Assembly (NCBI GenBank): GCA_965261085.1
Contig: OZ253442.1
Coordinates: 2,976,001 to 3,040,000 of the forward strand
Origin: a bacterium
Lineage (GTDB): Bacteria; UBA8248
DNA length: 64,000 nt
Reading direction: 5' to 3'
Each line of letters begins with the position of its first letter. Position 1 is the stretch's first letter. The notes beneath the pieces are model-generated. The model saw only the letters and a list, made by a program, of their open reading frames with translations, was not told the origin of the DNA and did no database searches. The translations under genes and the position numbers were made by a program. Of this stretch, positions 1-12,155 are shown in pieces.

Positions 1-1397
1 AGCGCGGCGATGAGCGTCGTCACGTTCGCGTCCAGAATCGTGAGAAAGGCTTTGCCGTAACCTGAATCGATGGCGGAGCGAATGGTTTTTCCTAACCGCA
101 ACTCTTCCCTGATTCGCTCGAAAATCAAGACGTTGGCGTCGACCGCCATACCAACCGTCAGCACGATGCCCGCGATTCCCGGCAGGGTCAGCGTAGCGCC
201 GAAGAACCCGAGCGCTCCCAGGAGTATCAGCAGGTTGAAAAGAAGCGCCATGATGGCCACCGCGCCGCTTAATTTGTAATAGATGGCCATGAATATCAAA
301 ACGAGTATGAACCCGACGATGATGCTGATGAGACCCTGACGCACGGAATCAGCCCCCAGCGACGGGCCGACGTTTCTTTCCTCCAAAACTTCCACCGGGG
401 CGGGGAGCGCCCCCGCTCTCAGGGCTATCGCCAGATCCGTCGCTTCTTCGAGTGTGAAACTTCCCGTTATCTGCGCCCTGCCCTGGCTGATGCGCTCCTG
501 AATCACTGGCGCGCTGTAGACGACGCCATCGAGCACAATGGCGAGACGCCTGCCCACGTTCGCCGCCGTGAGGCGGTCGAACGCACCCGCCCCCACGGAA
601 TCAAACGCGATGGCCACGTAGGACTGGTTGAAGCGATCTCCGATTTCCACGCGCGCATCGGTCAAATTGCCCCCGGTCAGGGCGGCTTCTTTCTTCACCA
701 GCAAGGGAGTGCGTTCGGTCACCTCGCCCGTCTGCCTGTCTCTCGATACTTCATACAAAAGCTGCAGACCCTCGGGCGCGCGACCACGCTCCTGCGCACT
801 CGCGACATTGGCCTGATTGTCCACCATCTTGAACTCTAAGAGCGCCGTTTTGCCGATCAAAGACTTCGCCCGGGAGGGGTCTTCCACCCCAGGAAGCTGG
901 ATGATGATGCGCCGCTCTCCCTGGCGCTGAAGCGTAGGCTCACGCACGCCGAACTGATCGATGCGGTTTCGAATCGTCTCGAGCGCCTGAATGATGGCCT
1001 GCTCTTTCGTGCGCTCCACTTGTTGTGATGAAAGGAAATATACGAACGTCGGCGGCGCGCCCTCTTCTCTCTCCAGGGTGAGGTCCGGGTAATTCTGCAT
1101 CATCGTGAGGAAGCGCCCCCTGTCGGTGGGGCGATGAAGGGTCGCGGTCAGCCTCAGCCCATCGCGCTTGAGGGTTCGGGTGCGTATGTCGTCTATGGAA
1201 AGGCGGTTTCTCAACTCCGTGAAATAGCGGCTCATTTTCGATTCCACCGCTTTTTCGGATTGCACCTCGAGGACCAGGTGAATCCCGCCCTGCAAATCAA
1301 GCCCGAGATTGATGCGCTCGCTCGGAGGAACCAGAAAAAACGCGGAGACGACAATTACGATGACTATCAGAGCCGCCCGCCAGCTTACACCCCTCAT
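1..1397 (-). CDS. secD: Protein translocase subunit SecD (3' end runs off the window)
   Basis: Manual translation from ATG at 1397: MRGVSWRAALIV...INLGLDLQGGIHLVLEV, with ...ILDANVTTLIAA at the window edge. AAGGAG SD upstream; follows yajC. Confidence 0.95.
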   Translation of the reverse strand, partial: MRGVSWRAALIVIVIVVSAFFLVPPSERINLGLDLQGGIHLVLEVQSEKAVESKMSRYFTELRNRLSIDDIRTRTLKRDGLRLTATLHRPTDRGRFLTMMQNYPDLTLEREEGAPPTFVYFLSSQQVERTKEQAIIQALETIRNRIDQFGVREPTLQRQGERRIIIQLPGVEDPSRAKSLIGKTALLEFKMVDNQANVASAQERGRAPEGLQLLYEVSRDRQTGEVTERTPLLVKKEAALTGGNLTDARVEIGDRFNQSYVAIAFDSVGAGAFDRLTAANVGRRLAIVLDGVVYSAPVIQERISQGRAQITGSFTLEEATDLAIALRAGALPAPVEVLEERNVGPSLGADSVRQGLISIIVGFILVLIFMAIYYKLSGAVAIMALLFNLLILLGALGFFGATLTLPGIAGIVLTVGMAVDANVLIFERIREELRLGKTIRSAIDSGYGKAFLTILDANVTTLIAA

Positions 1398-1473
1398 GAA
1401 ACTCTCCTTACGCCGGGTGGTTCGATTCCACCCGTCCCGAAAATCATTTCACCGAGTGAAGGGCGAAATGATT

Positions 1474-1866
1474 TCACTTTTGTTTTTCTGGTTTTTCTTT
1501 CTGGGGAGCCTTGGTCTTCTCCGCACTCGCGCTCGATGGAATAGCCGTCACAAAAGACCTTTGTACGCGAATACGCATGTTTTCGTCCACTTTCAGTGTC
1601 ACAATATCGTCTTTGATTCTCACCACTTCACCCAAAATCCCGCTAGCGACCACCTGATCTCCGGGCTTGAGAGCCTCTTGCATCCTGCGGATTTCCTGCT
1701 GTTTCTTCTGCTGGGGCCTGATCATGATGAAATAGATGATGGCGAAAATCATCAGGAACGGCGCCAACTGAATCAAGAAACTGGGTGAGCCGCCGCCGCC
1801 AGAAGGAGGAGCCATGGCGTACGCAACAGAAGAATCGGCCAACCATGCCGCTAAAGAATCCAACAT
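1474..1866 (-). CDS. yajC: Preprotein translocase subunit YajC
   Basis: IYFIMIRPQQKKQ and LKPGDQVVASGILG motifs; lies between tgt and secD. Confidence 0.95.
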   Translation of the reverse strand: MLDSLAAWLADSSVAYAMAPPSGGGGSPSFLIQLAPFLMIFAIIYFIMIRPQQKKQQEIRRMQEALKPGDQVVASGILGEVVRIKDDIVTLKVDENMRIRVQRSFVTAIPSSASAEKTKAPQKEKPEKQK

Positions 1867-1916
1867 TCTCTATATCTCCATGAAAAAGGCGCTCCGTCGG
1901 GCAACGTAGCCAAGGC

Positions 1917-1945
1917 TTCGTAACAAAGCCCCCACTCCTTGTCAA
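1917..1945 (-). promoter_or_regulatory. Possible sigma70 promoter for yajC-secD
   Basis: Minus strand reads TTGACA-17 bp-TACGAA with a TG extension. Confidence 0.4.
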
Positions 1946-1969
1946 GCAAAGGCATTAAGAATCAGTCTC

Positions 1970-3924
<1,955 letters not shown>

Positions 3925-3956
3925 GGTCCCTCTCGTTTAGATCAAACAAACACTCG

Positions 3957-5132
3957 CTACAGCTTGCGAACATGGGTCACCCGACCTTCTCGCAAGTAGA
4001 TTCTCGGCACACGGACGCCCACACCGCACATGATCTCATAGGGTATCGTCTCGGCCCTGTCGGCCATCTCCTCGCAACTGACGGCCCCATTGCCCTGATC
4101 GCCCAGCAGGACGACCTCGTCTCCCGGCGCGATGTTTTCGATTTTCGACACATCGAGCGCCAGCATGTCCATGGATACGCGCCCCGCTACCGGAACCCGC
4201 ACACCGCCCACCAGCGCATCCGCCCGGTTGGACAAGATGCGCGGGTAGCCATCCCCATACCCTGTCGCCACCATCGCGACTCGCCCAAGAGAATTTCTCT
4301 CATAAGTTCCGCCATAGCCAACCGGCCGGCCTGCATCGATTTCTTTCACCTGCAGTACTCTCGCCACCCACTTCATGGCGCATCCCAAGGCCACGCTCTT
4401 TGAAAACTGGGGCGAGGAGCCATAAAGCGCGATGCCCAGACGCACCAGGTTGCCGGGCGCCTGGGGATAATTCAACAAGCCCGCGCTGTTCGCCATGTGG
4501 ATGTGTGGCGGAAGCATATTTTTCTCTCTTAGCGCATGGATCAGCGCTTCCATCTCGCGAATTTGCGCCCCCGTCGCAGCATCTCCTACTTCTTCGTCCG
4601 CCCGGGCGAAATGGCTCATCAACCCGGCAACCTCGACGTTCTCCTCACGCGACGTCTTTTCGATGAAATCGACGGCTTCCGCCGGGCGCAATCCCAGACG
4701 CCCCATCCCCGTATCCACCTTGACGTGTACTCTCGCTTTTCCGCCCGCTCCTCTCGCCGCGCTCGCCAGACCTTCAATCTGCTCCATGCGCCAGACGGTG
4801 GCGTCGCAATCCGCCTCGACCAGCCTTTTCGCGTTATACGCCAACGTATCGCTCATCACCAATAAGCGCGCCTCGGCGAACCCATCTCCCACACCAGCGG
4901 CGCGAAGCGCCTCCGCCTCCTCAATCGCCGCCACACCGAACCATCTGGCGCCCGCCTCATACATGGCGCGAGCGACCTCTACGCCACCGTGCCCGTAGGC
5001 CTCCGCCTTCACGACGGCGAGCGGCTCTTGAGAGAGAAGGGAACTCGCCAGATTTTTATAATTTTGAATCAGGATGTCCAGATCGATGAAAACAGCGTTC
5101 CGATATCCGGACGGCAGCAAATGTTCGCTCAA
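3957..5132 (-). CDS. alr: Alanine racemase
   Basis: AVVKAEAYGHG PLP-lysine motif, HVKVDTGMGRLG, GYGDGYPR, GRVSMD, TIPYE. Confidence 0.95.
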   Translation of the reverse strand: MSEHLLPSGYRNAVFIDLDILIQNYKNLASSLLSQEPLAVVKAEAYGHGGVEVARAMYEAGARWFGVAAIEEAEALRAAGVGDGFAEARLLVMSDTLAYNAKRLVEADCDATVWRMEQIEGLASAARGAGGKARVHVKVDTGMGRLGLRPAEAVDFIEKTSREENVEVAGLMSHFARADEEVGDAATGAQIREMEALIHALREKNMLPPHIHMANSAGLLNYPQAPGNLVRLGIALYGSSPQFSKSVALGCAMKWVARVLQVKEIDAGRPVGYGGTYERNSLGRVAMVATGYGDGYPRILSNRADALVGGVRVPVAGRVSMDMLALDVSKIENIAPGDEVVLLGDQGNGAVSCEEMADRAETIPYEIMCGVGVRVPRIYLREGRVTHVRKL

Positions 5133-5174
5133 AAAGAAGGCCCCCTTTTTGGAGACGTCCTGGCCGTTGCGAAG

Positions 5175-6599
5175 CTAGAACGGCGCCTCTTGTTCCTCCG
5201 GGTAGCCGGGTTCGGCATCTTGTGCGCCTACAGCCGCGCCTTCATGGTATGTGTCCAGGTTAACGAATCGCGCATATTCCGGGAAAAATTTGAGTTCCAA
5301 TTCACCGGTCGGCCCGTTGCGCTGCTTGGCGAGAATGACGGTGGCGAGCCCTTTGTTGTCAGGTTTGGGGTCATAATACTCCTCGCGAAACAACAAGGCT
5401 ACGACGTCCGCATCCTGTTCTATCGAGCCCGACTCACGCAAATCGGCCAGGTTGGGGCGCTTGCCCTCTCTGGATTCCACCGCCCTCGAGAGCTGGCTCA
5501 AGGCCACGACGGGCACATCGAGTTCTTTCGCCAGACTTTTCAGCCCCCGGGATATCTCGCTGATCTCGCGCTGGCGATTCTCCATGGAGCGGCCCCTGTG
5601 GTGCAAGAGCTGTAGATAATCGACCACCACGAGGTCGAGGCCCTGATCCGCCTGGATACGGCGACTTTTCGCCCGAATGTCGAACACGGACAAATCCGTC
5701 GCGTCGTCCACGTAAATGGAAGCATCAGAGAGTTCGCCCGCGCTCCGAATCAAATCCGGCCATTTCTGGGACGGCATATAGCCGCTTTGAAGCTGCCTGG
5801 AATTCACCATGGCGCGGCCACACATCATGCGAATGGCCAATGCGCGCGCGCTCATCTCGAGACTGAATATCACCGTGGCGGTTTTCGACGCCAACGCGGC
5901 GTATTCGGCGATGCACAGGGCGAACGCCGTCTTCCCCATGCTGGGACGACCGGCTATGATGACCAATTCCCCGGGCTGCAAACCACTCGTCAGCTTGTCC
6001 ATATCCGAGAACCCCGTGGGTACTCCGGTAACGAGTTCCTTGCGATCATAAAGGTCTTCCAGATAGGGAAACGTATGTTTGATGATGTCGCGCATTCCCT
6101 CTACGCTTTGCTGGTAACGGCCGGATGAAACCTCCAGCATCGCGCGCTCTGCGTCGTCCACGAGGGTATCGATATCATCCTCGCCAGTGAAGGCTCTCTG
6201 CGCGATGGCGTTCGAGGTGTGTATGAGTTCTCTGAGCAACGCCGTGCTTCTGACGAGTTTCGCATAGGTTTCCGCGCGCCTGGCGCTGGAAACATCATCC
6301 GCCAAACGCGCGATGTATTCGAGCCCGCCCGCGGTATCGAGCTTTCCCGCCTTTTTCAGGGCATCGGCCAGGGTGAGCAGGTCGATGGGTTCGGATTTCT
6401 CGAAAAGGCTGATCATGCCCTCGTAAATCACACGATGGCTCATGCGGTAGAAATGCTCCGGCCGCAACACCTCCATGACGGGCGGAACCATCGCGCCGTC
6501 GAGCAGCAAAGCGCCCAGAACGCGCTGTTCGGCTTCTATGTTTTGGGGGGGGAGCTGGCCCGGCTGCCCGGACCGCTCATCACGAGCGGGCATTTCCAC
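5175..6599 (-). CDS. dnaB: Replicative DNA helicase
   Basis: PPQNIEAEQRVLG, AGRPSMGKT, DYLQL, LSQLSR, DLRESGSIEQDAD, KQRNGP. Confidence 0.97.
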   Translation of the reverse strand: MEMPARDERSGQPGQLPPQNIEAEQRVLGALLLDGAMVPPVMEVLRPEHFYRMSHRVIYEGMISLFEKSEPIDLLTLADALKKAGKLDTAGGLEYIARLADDVSSARRAETYAKLVRSTALLRELIHTSNAIAQRAFTGEDDIDTLVDDAERAMLEVSSGRYQQSVEGMRDIIKHTFPYLEDLYDRKELVTGVPTGFSDMDKLTSGLQPGELVIIAGRPSMGKTAFALCIAEYAALASKTATVIFSLEMSARALAIRMMCGRAMVNSRQLQSGYMPSQKWPDLIRSAGELSDASIYVDDATDLSVFDIRAKSRRIQADQGLDLVVVDYLQLLHHRGRSMENRQREISEISRGLKSLAKELDVPVVALSQLSRAVESREGKRPNLADLRESGSIEQDADVVALLFREEYYDPKPDNKGLATVILAKQRNGPTGELELKFFPEYARFVNLDTYHEGAAVGAQDAEPGYPEEQEAPF

Positions 6600-6706
6600 T
6601 TCAAAACTCCAATGATGATTCAGTGGAAAGAACGGGCGTGAGGTTTAGATTACATCAGATGAAGCCAAGATCAAAATACCGTAAAACATAATTTCCAAAT
6701 CAAACG

Positions 6707-6740
6707 AAAAAAGGGGCGCCGACATTCGGCAACCCCTTTT
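6707..6740 (-). terminator. Intrinsic terminator after rplI
   Basis: aaaaaaggggcgccgacattcggcaacccctttt: GC stem with A/T tracts on both sides. Confidence 0.65.
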
Positions 6741-6801
6741 ATCTATATGATTTCATGGGCGTTGCTACTATACGCCGGGAAACGACTGAGAATGTGAAAC
6801 G

Positions 6802-7428
6802 CTATTCGGGCGTCTCTTCCTCGGCTTGCGCGTCCGGGTTCTCCCCCGGTACATTTTCTACTACGGCATCGGTCGCCTCCGCTGCCGTTTCTGCTTCGGC
6901 CTGAACTTCATCCGCAGCCTCAGCCGATTCCTCCGCCTCGGCCACGGCTGCCTCTTCCGCTGCGGCCGCAGCCGCTATGGACGCCTCATCGGGCGCCACT
7001 CTCACCTGTACCGATGCTCTTACTTCCTGGTGCAACCGGATGTCGACGTCATAAGTACCGACCTTTTTAATCGGCTCATCCAGAACGATCTTCCTGCGGT
7101 TCACCGTGAGGCCCTTCTCCTTTAAGGCGTCCTCGATCATCCGATTGGTCACCGAGCCGAACAACCTGCCGTCTTCACCCACGCGCATCGAGAATTCAAG
7201 CTCGACACCTGCGAATTCGCCCGCAAAATCCTGCGCACCTCGTTTCGCCGCCTGGATTTGCGCTTCCCGCAACCGCTGCTCATGCTGCGTCGCGCGCACC
7301 GTGCTCGCCGTGGCATGAAGCGCCAAGCCTTTCGGGATGAGATAGTTGAGCCCGTAGCCGTCGGCTACTTCGACGACATCTCCCACTTCTCCGAGATGCT
7401 CTACGTCCTTACGCAATATCAAGCGCAT
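6802..7428 (-). CDS. rplI: 50S ribosomal protein L9 with Ala/Glu-rich tail
   Basis: LGEVGDVVEVADGYGLNYLIPKG, GRLFGSVT. Confidence 0.97.
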   Translation of the reverse strand: MRLILRKDVEHLGEVGDVVEVADGYGLNYLIPKGLALHATASTVRATQHEQRLREAQIQAAKRGAQDFAGEFAGVELEFSMRVGEDGRLFGSVTNRMIEDALKEKGLTVNRRKIVLDEPIKKVGTYDVDIRLHQEVRASVQVRVAPDEASIAAAAAAEEAAVAEAEESAEAADEVQAEAETAAEATDAVVENVPGENPDAQAEEETPE

Positions 7429-7445
7429 CGTTCAATATCTCCGAC

Positions 7446-7715
7446 TTATGAATGGTCTACAGTGTAGGGCATCAACGCCATATAGCGGGCGCGCTTAATC
7501 GCCGTCGTCAACTGCCGCTGAAAGCGGGCGGATGTGCCGGTCACACGGCGGGGAATAATTTTTCCTCGCTCACTGACCATGTTTCGCAGCGTTTTCACAT
7601 CCTTGAAATCGATATAAGCTACCCCTTCCGCCGTGAAACGGCATATTTTCTTTCGCTGAAAACGTTTTTTCTTCTTTTTTTTCTTGTCTCCAAACCCTCG
7701 GGGAACAAGCGCCAT
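7446..7715 (-). CDS. rpsR: 30S ribosomal protein S18
   Basis: [34 protein letters not shown]. Confidence 0.97.
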   Translation of the reverse strand: MALVPRGFGDKKKKKKKRFQRKKICRFTAEGVAYIDFKDVKTLRNMVSERGKIIPRRVTGTSARFQRQLTTAIKRARYMALMPYTVDHS

Positions 7716-7749
7716 ATCTATCTCCTAAATCTGACAACAAATTTCGATA

Positions 7750-8172
7750 TCAAAATGGTATGTCATCGTCCGTCATGGGCGAGTCTTGTGGCGGCGGCGC
7801 ATAGGATTCCGTGCTTCTCGACCCACCGCTTCCCGTCATCTCGGCCCGGGTGGACAAGAAATGAACGTTATTCGCCACAACTTCATGCTTGCTGCGCCTC
7901 GATCCATCCTGCGCTTCCCATGAACGGAAACTCAAACGACCTTCCACCACGAGCGGGCTGCCCTTGCCCGTCTGCTCCATCACCCACTCGCCTTGCCGCC
8001 CATAGACAACCACATCCACGAAGCACGTATCTTCTTTCCATTCCTCCCCGCTGCGATATCGCCGATTGACCGCGAACCCGAAAGAAACCACGGAATTACC
8101 GGAAGGCAGAAACCGCTTTTCGGGATCGCGCGTCATGTTGCCGCGGAGATAAACAGAATTCATCTGGGCCAT
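7750..8172 (-). CDS. ssb: Single-stranded DNA-binding protein
   Basis: GNMTRDPE, VEGRL, C-terminal DDDIPF. Confidence 0.97.
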   Translation of the reverse strand: MAQMNSVYLRGNMTRDPEKRFLPSGNSVVSFGFAVNRRYRSGEEWKEDTCFVDVVVYGRQGEWVMEQTGKGSPLVVEGRLSFRSWEAQDGSRRSKHEVVANNVHFLSTRAEMTGSGGSRSTESYAPPPQDSPMTDDDIPF

Positions 8173-8189
8173 AACGATACTCCTGACAT

Positions 8190-8624
8190 TTAGGAGTCAC
8201 GCGACGAGTCGGATCTAGACGGCCTCACAGAACCCGAGTCGGATCTGGACGGCCTCACAGAATCACCGTCCTCCGAAGCCCCCTCCCTTTCCCTGGCGGC
8301 CGCGCTTTTGGCATTTTTCTCAAGCTTTCTCAAGAGAGCTTCATCCATTCGCACCGTCATATAGCGCCACGTCTGCTCATCGATGCGCATATCGCGCTCG
8401 ATGTCCGCCACAACTGCCGACTCTGAATGATATGTGACGATGAAATAGATGCCGTGACGCTGGCGATTGATGGGATAGGCGAGGCGCTTCTTGCCCCAGC
8501 GATCTACGCTTACAATTTCTCCGCCCCCTTCGGTCACCTTATTTTCGAAACCGGAAATCTTCTCATCCACGGTTTCATCGGTGAGTTCGGGGGACAGCAA
8601 AACTATCGTTTCGTACTGTCTCAT
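8190..8624 (-). CDS. rpsF: 30S ribosomal protein S6
   Basis: MRQYETIVLLSP, WGKKRLAYPI. Confidence 0.97.
   Translation of the reverse strand: MRQYETIVLLSPELTDETVDEKISGFENKVTEGGGEIVSVDRWGKKRLAYPINRQRHGIYFIVTYHSESAVVADIERDMRIDEQTWRYMTVRMDEALLRKLEKNAKSAAAREREGASEDGDSVRPSRSDSGSVRPSRSDSSRDS
8205..8262. repeat. 30-bp in-frame tandem duplication in the rpsF tail
   Basis: cgagtcggatct(a/g)gacggcctcacagaa occurs twice; encodes SVRPSRSDS x2. Confidence 0.9.
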
Positions 8625-8682
8625 CTAGTCCTCCTCCCGGACTGAGCGGCCCCGGCCTTCGCCGACCGGAGCGAGGAGCCAA
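8625..8682 (-). promoter_or_regulatory. S6:S18 ribosomal protein leader (autoregulatory mRNA structure)
   Basis: Minus strand reads GCTCCTCGC-hairpin-GGCCGCTCAGTCCGGGAGGAGG-ATG. CTCCT pairs with the SD and a CCG motif is present, matching the known rpsF leader architecture. Confidence 0.7.
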
Positions 8683-8779
8683 TAATAGGCCGAAGGTTAA
8701 CACACATACCCTCGGCGGGCCATAGCAACTCCAAAAAGGAGCCGCGAAAATTCTGCTTTGGTTCAAACCCTCGCTTTCA

Positions 8780-10777
8780 CTAGAAAAGCGGCGCCAACAC
8801 GAGAGAGACGATGGACATCAACTTGATCAGGATGTTCATCGAGGGGCCCGAGGTGTCCTTCATCGGGTCTCCCACCGTATCGCCCACGACCGCGGCCTTA
8901 TGGGCATCGGAGCCCTTGCCGCCGAGTTTGCCGTCTTCTATCTCTTTTTTCGCATTATCCCAGGCTCCGCCCGCATTCGCCATCAGCAAGGCGACGAGAA
9001 CGCCCGAGAGCAGGGCGCCTGCGAGCATCCCACCCAAAGCTTCCTTGCCCATCAGATACCCCACCACGATGGGCGCGACGACAGCTACAACGCCAGGGAG
9101 GACCATTTCCTTGAGAGCGGCCTGGGTGCTGATGTCGATGCAACGTGCGCTGTCAGGGTCCGCAGTACCTTCCATGATGCCGGGAATCTCGCGGAACTGA
9201 CGCCTGATCTCCTGAATCATGATGAATGCGGCCTTGCCGACGGATTTCATGGTGAGCGCCCCGATGAGGAACGGAATCGCCCCGCCGATGAACATGCCGG
9301 CCACCACCTTCGCCTCCGTGAGGTTGATCTGCTGCAGATCGGCCGCCTTCGTGTAGGCGGCGAAAAAAGCCAGCGCCGTCAGGGCGGCGGAACCGATGGC
9401 GAACCCCTTGCCCATGGCCGCCGTGGTGTTGCCCAGCGCGTCGAGGCCGTCGGTAATCTTTCGCGTTTCGGGCCCCAGCTCGCTCATTTCCGTGATTCCG
9501 CCCGCGTTATCGGCAATCGGGCCATACGCATCGACCGACATCGTGATGCCAATCGTCGCCAGCATACCCACGGCGGCGATGGAGATGCCGTAGAGCCCCG
9601 CCCAGGCGTTCGAAACCAGGGTAATCACCGCCAATACAAGCAGGGGAGCGCACACGCTCTCCAGACCTACAGCGAAGCCGCTGATGATGTTCGTCGCCAC
9701 CCCGGTCTCGGACGCAGCGACGATTTCGCCGACGGGCTTTCCGCCCGTTCCGGTGTAATACTCGGTGAGCCAGCCGATCAAAACGCCGCCGCCTGCGCCG
9801 AAGAGAACCGCGCCGAACACGCCGGCTTTGAGACCCAGGGCGCTCGTGACGAAATACGCCAGGATGATGAATATGATCGTCGCGATTCCGGTGGCGCTCC
9901 TGAGCGCGACGGCCGGGTTTTTCGAGGCCAGCACCTTCATCGAGGCGATGCCGAACGAAGAGGCAATCAGGCCCATCATGGCCAACAGCAGGGGCAGCGC
10001 CATCGCCGCCGAGCTATTGGCGCCCAAAACCGTGCCGACGGTCGAGCCGATGAATATCGTGGAAATGATGGCGCCGACGTAGGATTCGAACAGGTCGGCT
10101 CCCATTCCGGCGACATCACCGACGCAATCCCCCACGTTGTCGGCGATGACGGCGGGATTCCTCGGATCGTCCTCGGGAATGTTCGCCTCCAGCTTGCCGA
10201 CGAGGTCCGCGCCCACGTCTGCGGTTTTGGTGAAAATGCCGCCACCCACACGCGCGAAGAGCGCGATGGAACTGGCGCCCATCGAGAAGCCGTTGATGAT
10301 GGTCACGTTCGCCGCATTCTTGAGCACCTCGAAATACCAGACCAACGAGCCCACGCCCAAAAGACCCAGACTCGCAACGGAAAGACCCATGACGGTTCCG
10401 CCGAAGAAAGCCATGGAGAGCGCGCCCGCCTGACCGGCGCCCGAATTCGCCGCCGCCGCCGTTCTCACGTTCGCCTTCGTGGCCGCGTTCATGCCGAAAA
10501 AGCCGGCGAGAACCGAGCAGATGGCGCCGACGATGAAGGCGATACCCGTTTTTACGGATATGGCGACGCTCAAGAGAATGAAGACGACCACGACGAAAAT
10601 GGCGAGAATCCTGTATTCCCTTTTCAGGAACACCATTGCCCCGTCATGAATCTGGCCGGCGAGTTTCCGCATCAGATCGTTGCCGTCGGGTTGTTTTGAA
10701 ATCCAACTATAAATCGCCGCCGCCAGAACCAACCCCGCAATCCCGAAGATTGCGGCCATATTTGAGAAAGCAACCAT
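8780..10777 (-). CDS. hppA: Membrane-bound pyrophosphatase, K+-dependent, probably Na+-translocating
   Basis: [61 protein letters not shown]; highly hydrophobic. Confidence 0.93.
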   Translation of the reverse strand: MVAFSNMAAIFGIAGLVLAAAIYSWISKQPDGNDLMRKLAGQIHDGAMVFLKREYRILAIFVVVVFILLSVAISVKTGIAFIVGAICSVLAGFFGMNAATKANVRTAAAANSGAGQAGALSMAFFGGTVMGLSVASLGLLGVGSLVWYFEVLKNAANVTIINGFSMGASSIALFARVGGGIFTKTADVGADLVGKLEANIPEDDPRNPAVIADNVGDCVGDVAGMGADLFESYVGAIISTIFIGSTVGTVLGANSSAAMALPLLLAMMGLIASSFGIASMKVLASKNPAVALRSATGIATIIFIILAYFVTSALGLKAGVFGAVLFGAGGGVLIGWLTEYYTGTGGKPVGEIVAASETGVATNIISGFAVGLESVCAPLLVLAVITLVSNAWAGLYGISIAAVGMLATIGITMSVDAYGPIADNAGGITEMSELGPETRKITDGLDALGNTTAAMGKGFAIGSAALTALAFFAAYTKAADLQQINLTEAKVVAGMFIGGAIPFLIGALTMKSVGKAAFIMIQEIRRQFREIPGIMEGTADPDSARCIDISTQAALKEMVLPGVVAVVAPIVVGYLMGKEALGGMLAGALLSGVLVALLMANAGGAWDNAKKEIEDGKLGGKGSDAHKAAVVGDTVGDPMKDTSGPSMNILIKLMSIVSLVLAPLF

Positions 10778-10859
10778 TATCTCCCTTTCCTCCTCCTCAC
10801 GGGCTTTTTAGCGAGAGTTATTCAAATAAACTTTCACCTTTACAATGAGCAAGACGGAT

Positions 10860-11405
10860 TCAGGATCTATTGCCAACAACAAACTCAAACGCCCGTTTCA
10901 CCGCCTCATCAACAGCAGGTTCCACTGCTTCCAATTCATGTTCGAAAAAAGAATCCAACAACCAATCCACGCCATTCACTCCACTCGGCGGTCTCCCCAC
11001 CCCGATGCGCAAACGAGAAAACGTGTCCGTACCCAAAGAGTGGATAATGCTGCCGACGCCATGATGGCCCGCGTCTCCACCTGATTTCTTGAACTTCACA
11101 CGACCGAGTTCGATATCCATGTCGTCGTGCATCACAAGTAACTGTTCAGGCTCCAGCCCTTCACCAAACAGGAGCGCTCGCACCGCCTTGCCGCTTAAAT
11201 TCATAAACGTCTGAGGCTTTGCGAGTGTGAATTTCCACCCTCTGAGCGACCCGGCGCCCAGAACGGCATGGTATTTCGAATCACTCATCGACACGCGATG
11301 GGAGCGGGCTATTCTATCCACCGCCCAGAACCCCAGATTGTGCCTCGTCAACGCATACTCTATGCCGGGGTTGCCAAGACCGACGATCAAAACAGCAGCA
11401 GCCAT
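10860..11405 (-). CDS. pth: Peptidyl-tRNA hydrolase
   Basis: LIVGLGNPG, TRHNLGF, KPQTFMNLSG, RLRIGVGRP; start placed at the ATG of MAAAV. Confidence 0.95.
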   Translation of the reverse strand: MAAAVLIVGLGNPGIEYALTRHNLGFWAVDRIARSHRVSMSDSKYHAVLGAGSLRGWKFTLAKPQTFMNLSGKAVRALLFGEGLEPEQLLVMHDDMDIELGRVKFKKSGGDAGHHGVGSIIHSLGTDTFSRLRIGVGRPPSGVNGVDWLLDSFFEHELEAVEPAVDEAVKRAFEFVVGNRS

Positions 11406-11447
11406 CCGAACCCCAGTTTCATTTTCCCCGGCTCCCTGCAAGAACCA

Positions 11448-12119
11448 TCAGGCGGAAGAATCAGCCGGCTTCTCCCCCTCATCGTCCGAAGCCTCGGCCG
11501 CCGACGCATCTTCTCCGTCGGCCGCCACTCCAAATTCATCCTCAACCTCTTCTTCCTCTTCAACAGGAGCGACTACCGTCAAGACGGGATCATCGGGGTC
11601 GGTCACCAGCTCAACGCCTTCTGGAATTTGCAGATCACGCACGTGGAGAACATCACCAATTTCCATCTCCGAAATATCGACCTCGATATGTTCCGGGATC
11701 GCATTCGGCAGACATGTGACCTCCAATTCGCGCAGCAATTGAGAGAGATTCCCCCCTATCTTTTCTCCGGGAGACTCACCCGACAAGGAGAGAGGCACGG
11801 CGATTTCGATCTTCTCATCCATGCGGATTTCCAGAAAATCCGCATGGACAATCGTGCCCTTCATCGGGTCGCGCTGGAGCTCTTTCACGATAACCGGACG
11901 CTCCGAGGCGGCTTCGCCCTCGACGTTGAGCTGGAAAACGACGTTGCTTCCGGCTCCCGTGCCGAGCAAAGTCTCCAGTTCCTTCGGACTGATAGCCAAG
12001 GGGGTAGAATCTTTTATCCCGTACACGACGCCCGGTATGCTGCCGGCTCTTCTCACCGCACGGGCGCCGCTCTTTCCTGTTAGCGTTCTCTTATCCACCG
12101 ATAGAGATAAATTTTCCAT
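11448..12119 (-). CDS. rplY: 50S ribosomal protein L25/Ctc
   Basis: RRAGSIPGVVYG, HADF, IPEHIEVDIS, acidic tail. Confidence 0.96.
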   Translation of the reverse strand: MENLSLSVDKRTLTGKSGARAVRRAGSIPGVVYGIKDSTPLAISPKELETLLGTGAGSNVVFQLNVEGEAASERPVIVKELQRDPMKGTIVHADFLEIRMDEKIEIAVPLSLSGESPGEKIGGNLSQLLRELEVTCLPNAIPEHIEVDISEMEIGDVLHVRDLQIPEGVELVTDPDDPVLTVVAPVEEEEEVEDEFGVAADGEDASAAEASDDEGEKPADSSA

Positions 12120-12155
12120 TTTTTACTCCAAATATGCCGCCGACAAACAGAATGG

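Noticed and set aside
5175-6599. Intein in DnaB
   Set aside because: Length (474 aa) and motif spacing are normal.
8900-10699. 599-aa plus-strand ORF
   Set aside because: Antisense shadow of hppA produced by GC-rich codon bias; no motifs. The same applies to the long antisense ORFs over livK, efp, pilM, dusB and chrA.
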